From: an uncultured archaeon | GTDB taxonomy: Archaea > Asgardarchaeota > Lokiarchaeia > Sigyniarchaeales > SOKP01 | NCBI GenBank assembly: GCA_964447495.1 | Contig: CAYUTF010000065.1 | Coordinates: forward strand, 1-18,399 | DNA: 18,399 nt | Direction of reading: 5' to 3' | Shown: positions 16,723-18,399 of the stretch, in pieces | Position numbering within the stretch: position 1 is the stretch's first letter | How the letters are laid out: the number at the start of each line of letters is the position of its first letter | Program-made: the position numbers and the translations under genes | Notes under the pieces: model-generated | Databases searched by the model: none | The model's input: the letters and a program-made list of their open reading frames with translations, nothing else | Told to the model about the DNA's origin: nothing

Positions 16723-17770
16723 TCACTCTAGTTTATTAAAAAAATTTATTTCAAAAACTCAGTCATGGTCAGACTATTATGAATTTCTAAATTTATCTGA
16801 GGAGGAACTAGAAGATTTCTTTAAACTTGCGAGAGAATTAACAATTCAAAATTTTAGGAATATCATCAAAGCATATATTCCCAATAAAAAATTTCCCGCC
16901 TTAAGTATAACAGGGAATGAATGTGCTTTGAATTGTGAGCATTGCAATAAAAAGTATTTGAAGGGGATGAAACATATACAAAATAGTAAAGCATTAAAAG
17001 ATTTTTTACTTACTCATTATAAAGGTGGTGGCGTAGGTGCTCTTATTTCAGGAGGATGTGATTCTAATGGATCGGTTCCTTTATTCGATTTTATAGGTTC
17101 TATCAAGGAAATTAAAGAGAAGACAAGCTTAATAATTAACGTACATACAGGGTTATTAAATGAAACTACTGCAAGAGCATTAGCAGAAGCAAAAGTAGAT
17201 ATTATTTCATTCGATATTACAATGGATGAGAAAGTCATTAGAGAAATTTACCATTTAGACAAAAATTTAGACGATTATAGGAATTCAATTGAGTTATTGA
17301 AAAAATATAAACTCAATATTGTACCACATATTTGCGTTGGATTATATTATGGTAAACTAAACAAGGAATTGGATTCTCTCAAATTTATTAAAGAATCAGG
17401 TATAAAGCCATCATTGATTGTAGTTATTGCTTTAATCCCTCCAAAAGTGATAGAGAGTAATTTTAAGGAACCTAAACCTAGTGAAATAGCAAAATTTATT
17501 GCTGCAGTTCGGTTTCTCTTTCCTAAAGCAGAAATTTCACTAGGATGTATGCGCCCGAAAGGAGGAAAAAAAATTGAAATTGAGAAATATGCTTTAAACG
17601 CAGGAATTACCAGAATCGAAATTCCATCCAAAAAAACTTTGAAGTGGCTTAGAAAAATGAATCCTGAAATAGAAATTAAATTTTTCTCTTCATGTTGTGC
17701 TATACCAAGAGAATTTGAAGATCTAGCGAAGGCTAAAGAGTCTGATTTAAAAATTTATAATATAAAATGA
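16715..17770 (+). CDS. lipS1: Radical SAM lipoyl synthase subunit LipS1-like
   Basis: SITGNECALNCEHC, LISGGCD..G.VP, NVHTGL, VPHICVGL, LGCMRP and C-terminal CC, matching the GC(M/A)R and CC motifs described for LipS1. Overlaps the upstream gene by 8 nt. Confidence 0.85.
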   Translation: MNSHSSLLKKFISKTQSWSDYYEFLNLSEEELEDFFKLARELTIQNFRNIIKAYIPNKKFPALSITGNECALNCEHCNKKYLKGMKHIQNSKALKDFLLTHYKGGGVGALISGGCDSNGSVPLFDFIGSIKEIKEKTSLIINVHTGLLNETTARALAEAKVDIISFDITMDEKVIREIYHLDKNLDDYRNSIELLKKYKLNIVPHICVGLYYGKLNKELDSLKFIKESGIKPSLIVVIALIPPKVIESNFKEPKPSEIAKFIAAVRFLFPKAEISLGCMRPKGGKKIEIEKYALNAGITRIEIPSKKTLKWLRKMNPEIEIKFFSSCCAIPREFEDLAKAKESDLKIYNIK

Positions 17771-17791
17771 ACTAAGGGAATGTTGGAAATC

Positions 17792-18399
17792 ATGAAAAAT
17801 AAAATAGAATTATTTGGATTAACTGGAATTCCAATCATTAAAGAAGGAGATAATATTGCTAACGTTATCTTTAATTCTTTAAAAACTAATGATTATTCCA
17901 TAAAGGATGGGGATATTATCGTAATTGCGCAATCAATTATTTCTAAAAGCATTGGAAGTATCAGGGATTTAAAAGCGATTAAAGTTAGCGAAGAGGCTTA
18001 TGAACTATATAAAAAAATATCACCCATAATTGAAAAGACTCAGAGTCCAATTAAGAGCCCTGAATTAATTCAAGCTATTTTAGATGAATCAAAAGAAGTC
18101 ATCAAATCTGAGCATGCTCTAATTGTTGAAACAAAGCATGGATTTGTATGTGCTAATGCAGGAATTGATAAATCTAATGCAGGTGGGCAGGGTAGAATAA
18201 CATTATTACCAAATGACTCTGATAAAGAGGCTACAAAAATTAGGACTATGCTAAAAGAGCTAACTGGTAAACAAATCGCCGTAATTATTTCAGATTCATT
18301 TGGAAGACCATTTAGAAGTGGAGCTGTTGGTGTAGCCGTAGGTATTTCTGGCATAGATGCGTTATTAGATAAACGAGGTTCTAAAGATTTATTTGGGAA
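17792..18399 (+). CDS. cofE: Coenzyme F420-0:gamma-glutamyl ligase; truncated by the window edge
   Basis: Not in the ORF track (no stop in the window). Manual translation gives MKNKIELFGLTGIPIIKEGDNIA...DGDIIVIAQSIISK...ETKHGFVCANAGIDKSN...LLP...IISDSFGRPFRSGAVGVAVG...DLFG. Alternative in-frame ATG at 17780. Confidence 0.93.
   Translation, partial: MKNKIELFGLTGIPIIKEGDNIANVIFNSLKTNDYSIKDGDIIVIAQSIISKSIGSIRDLKAIKVSEEAYELYKKISPIIEKTQSPIKSPELIQAILDESKEVIKSEHALIVETKHGFVCANAGIDKSNAGGQGRITLLPNDSDKEATKIRTMLKELTGKQIAVIISDSFGRPFRSGAVGVAVGISGIDALLDKRGSKDLFG

Noticed and set aside
14929-17770. Biotin synthase (bioB) or classical lipA call for the radical SAM genes
   Set aside because: No LipA CX4CX5C motif. 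LipS1/LipS2-type motifs and the lipoate ligase neighbour fit better.
908-18354. Remaining short track ORFs nested in larger genes (908-1096, 1952-2233, 4906-5112, 5134-5322, 6083-6277, 6305-6517, 7268-7495, 7470-7664, 8270-8530, 11626-11820, 13681-14031, 13923-14159, 14012-14194, 17017-17238, 17347-17631, 18070-18354)
   Set aside because: All lie within better-supported genes; 18070-18354 is antisense to the unlisted cofE frame.
1-18399. Mobile element or prophage explaining the bacterial-type tpiA and leuS
   Set aside because: No transposase, integrase, terminal repeats or evident compositional break.

Overview
AT-rich, gene-dense archaeal chromosomal segment. It is most consistent with an Asgard archaeon of the Lokiarchaeia type; this is an inference from a roadblock/LC7 protein, a longin-like protein, two Bet3/V4R-fold proteins, a stand-alone 7TM protein, archaeal type-II MetAP, HdrC and CofE. 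Left to right: the tail of a glycan-biosynthesis cluster (hexapeptide acyltransferase, DUF354-like GT-B protein, GT4), map, roadblock, a 451-aa hypothetical, two membrane proteins, a translationally coupled pair of TRAPP Bet3/V4R-like genes, thioredoxin, an orphan hdrC, bacterial/eukaryote-type tpiA, a longin-like two-domain protein, a bacterial-type leuS with an archaeal-type C-terminus, and a lipS2-lipoyl ligase/transferase-lipS1-cofE operon. The most interesting signal is the Bet3-like gene pair, a possible proto-TRAPP heterodimer with one partner carrying an Arf-like amphipathic N-terminus and a ~290-aa helical extension, with a longin-like gene 2.2 kb away. No rRNA, tRNA, CRISPR array or mobile element was recognised. 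All family calls are by-eye motif recognition, not database searches.
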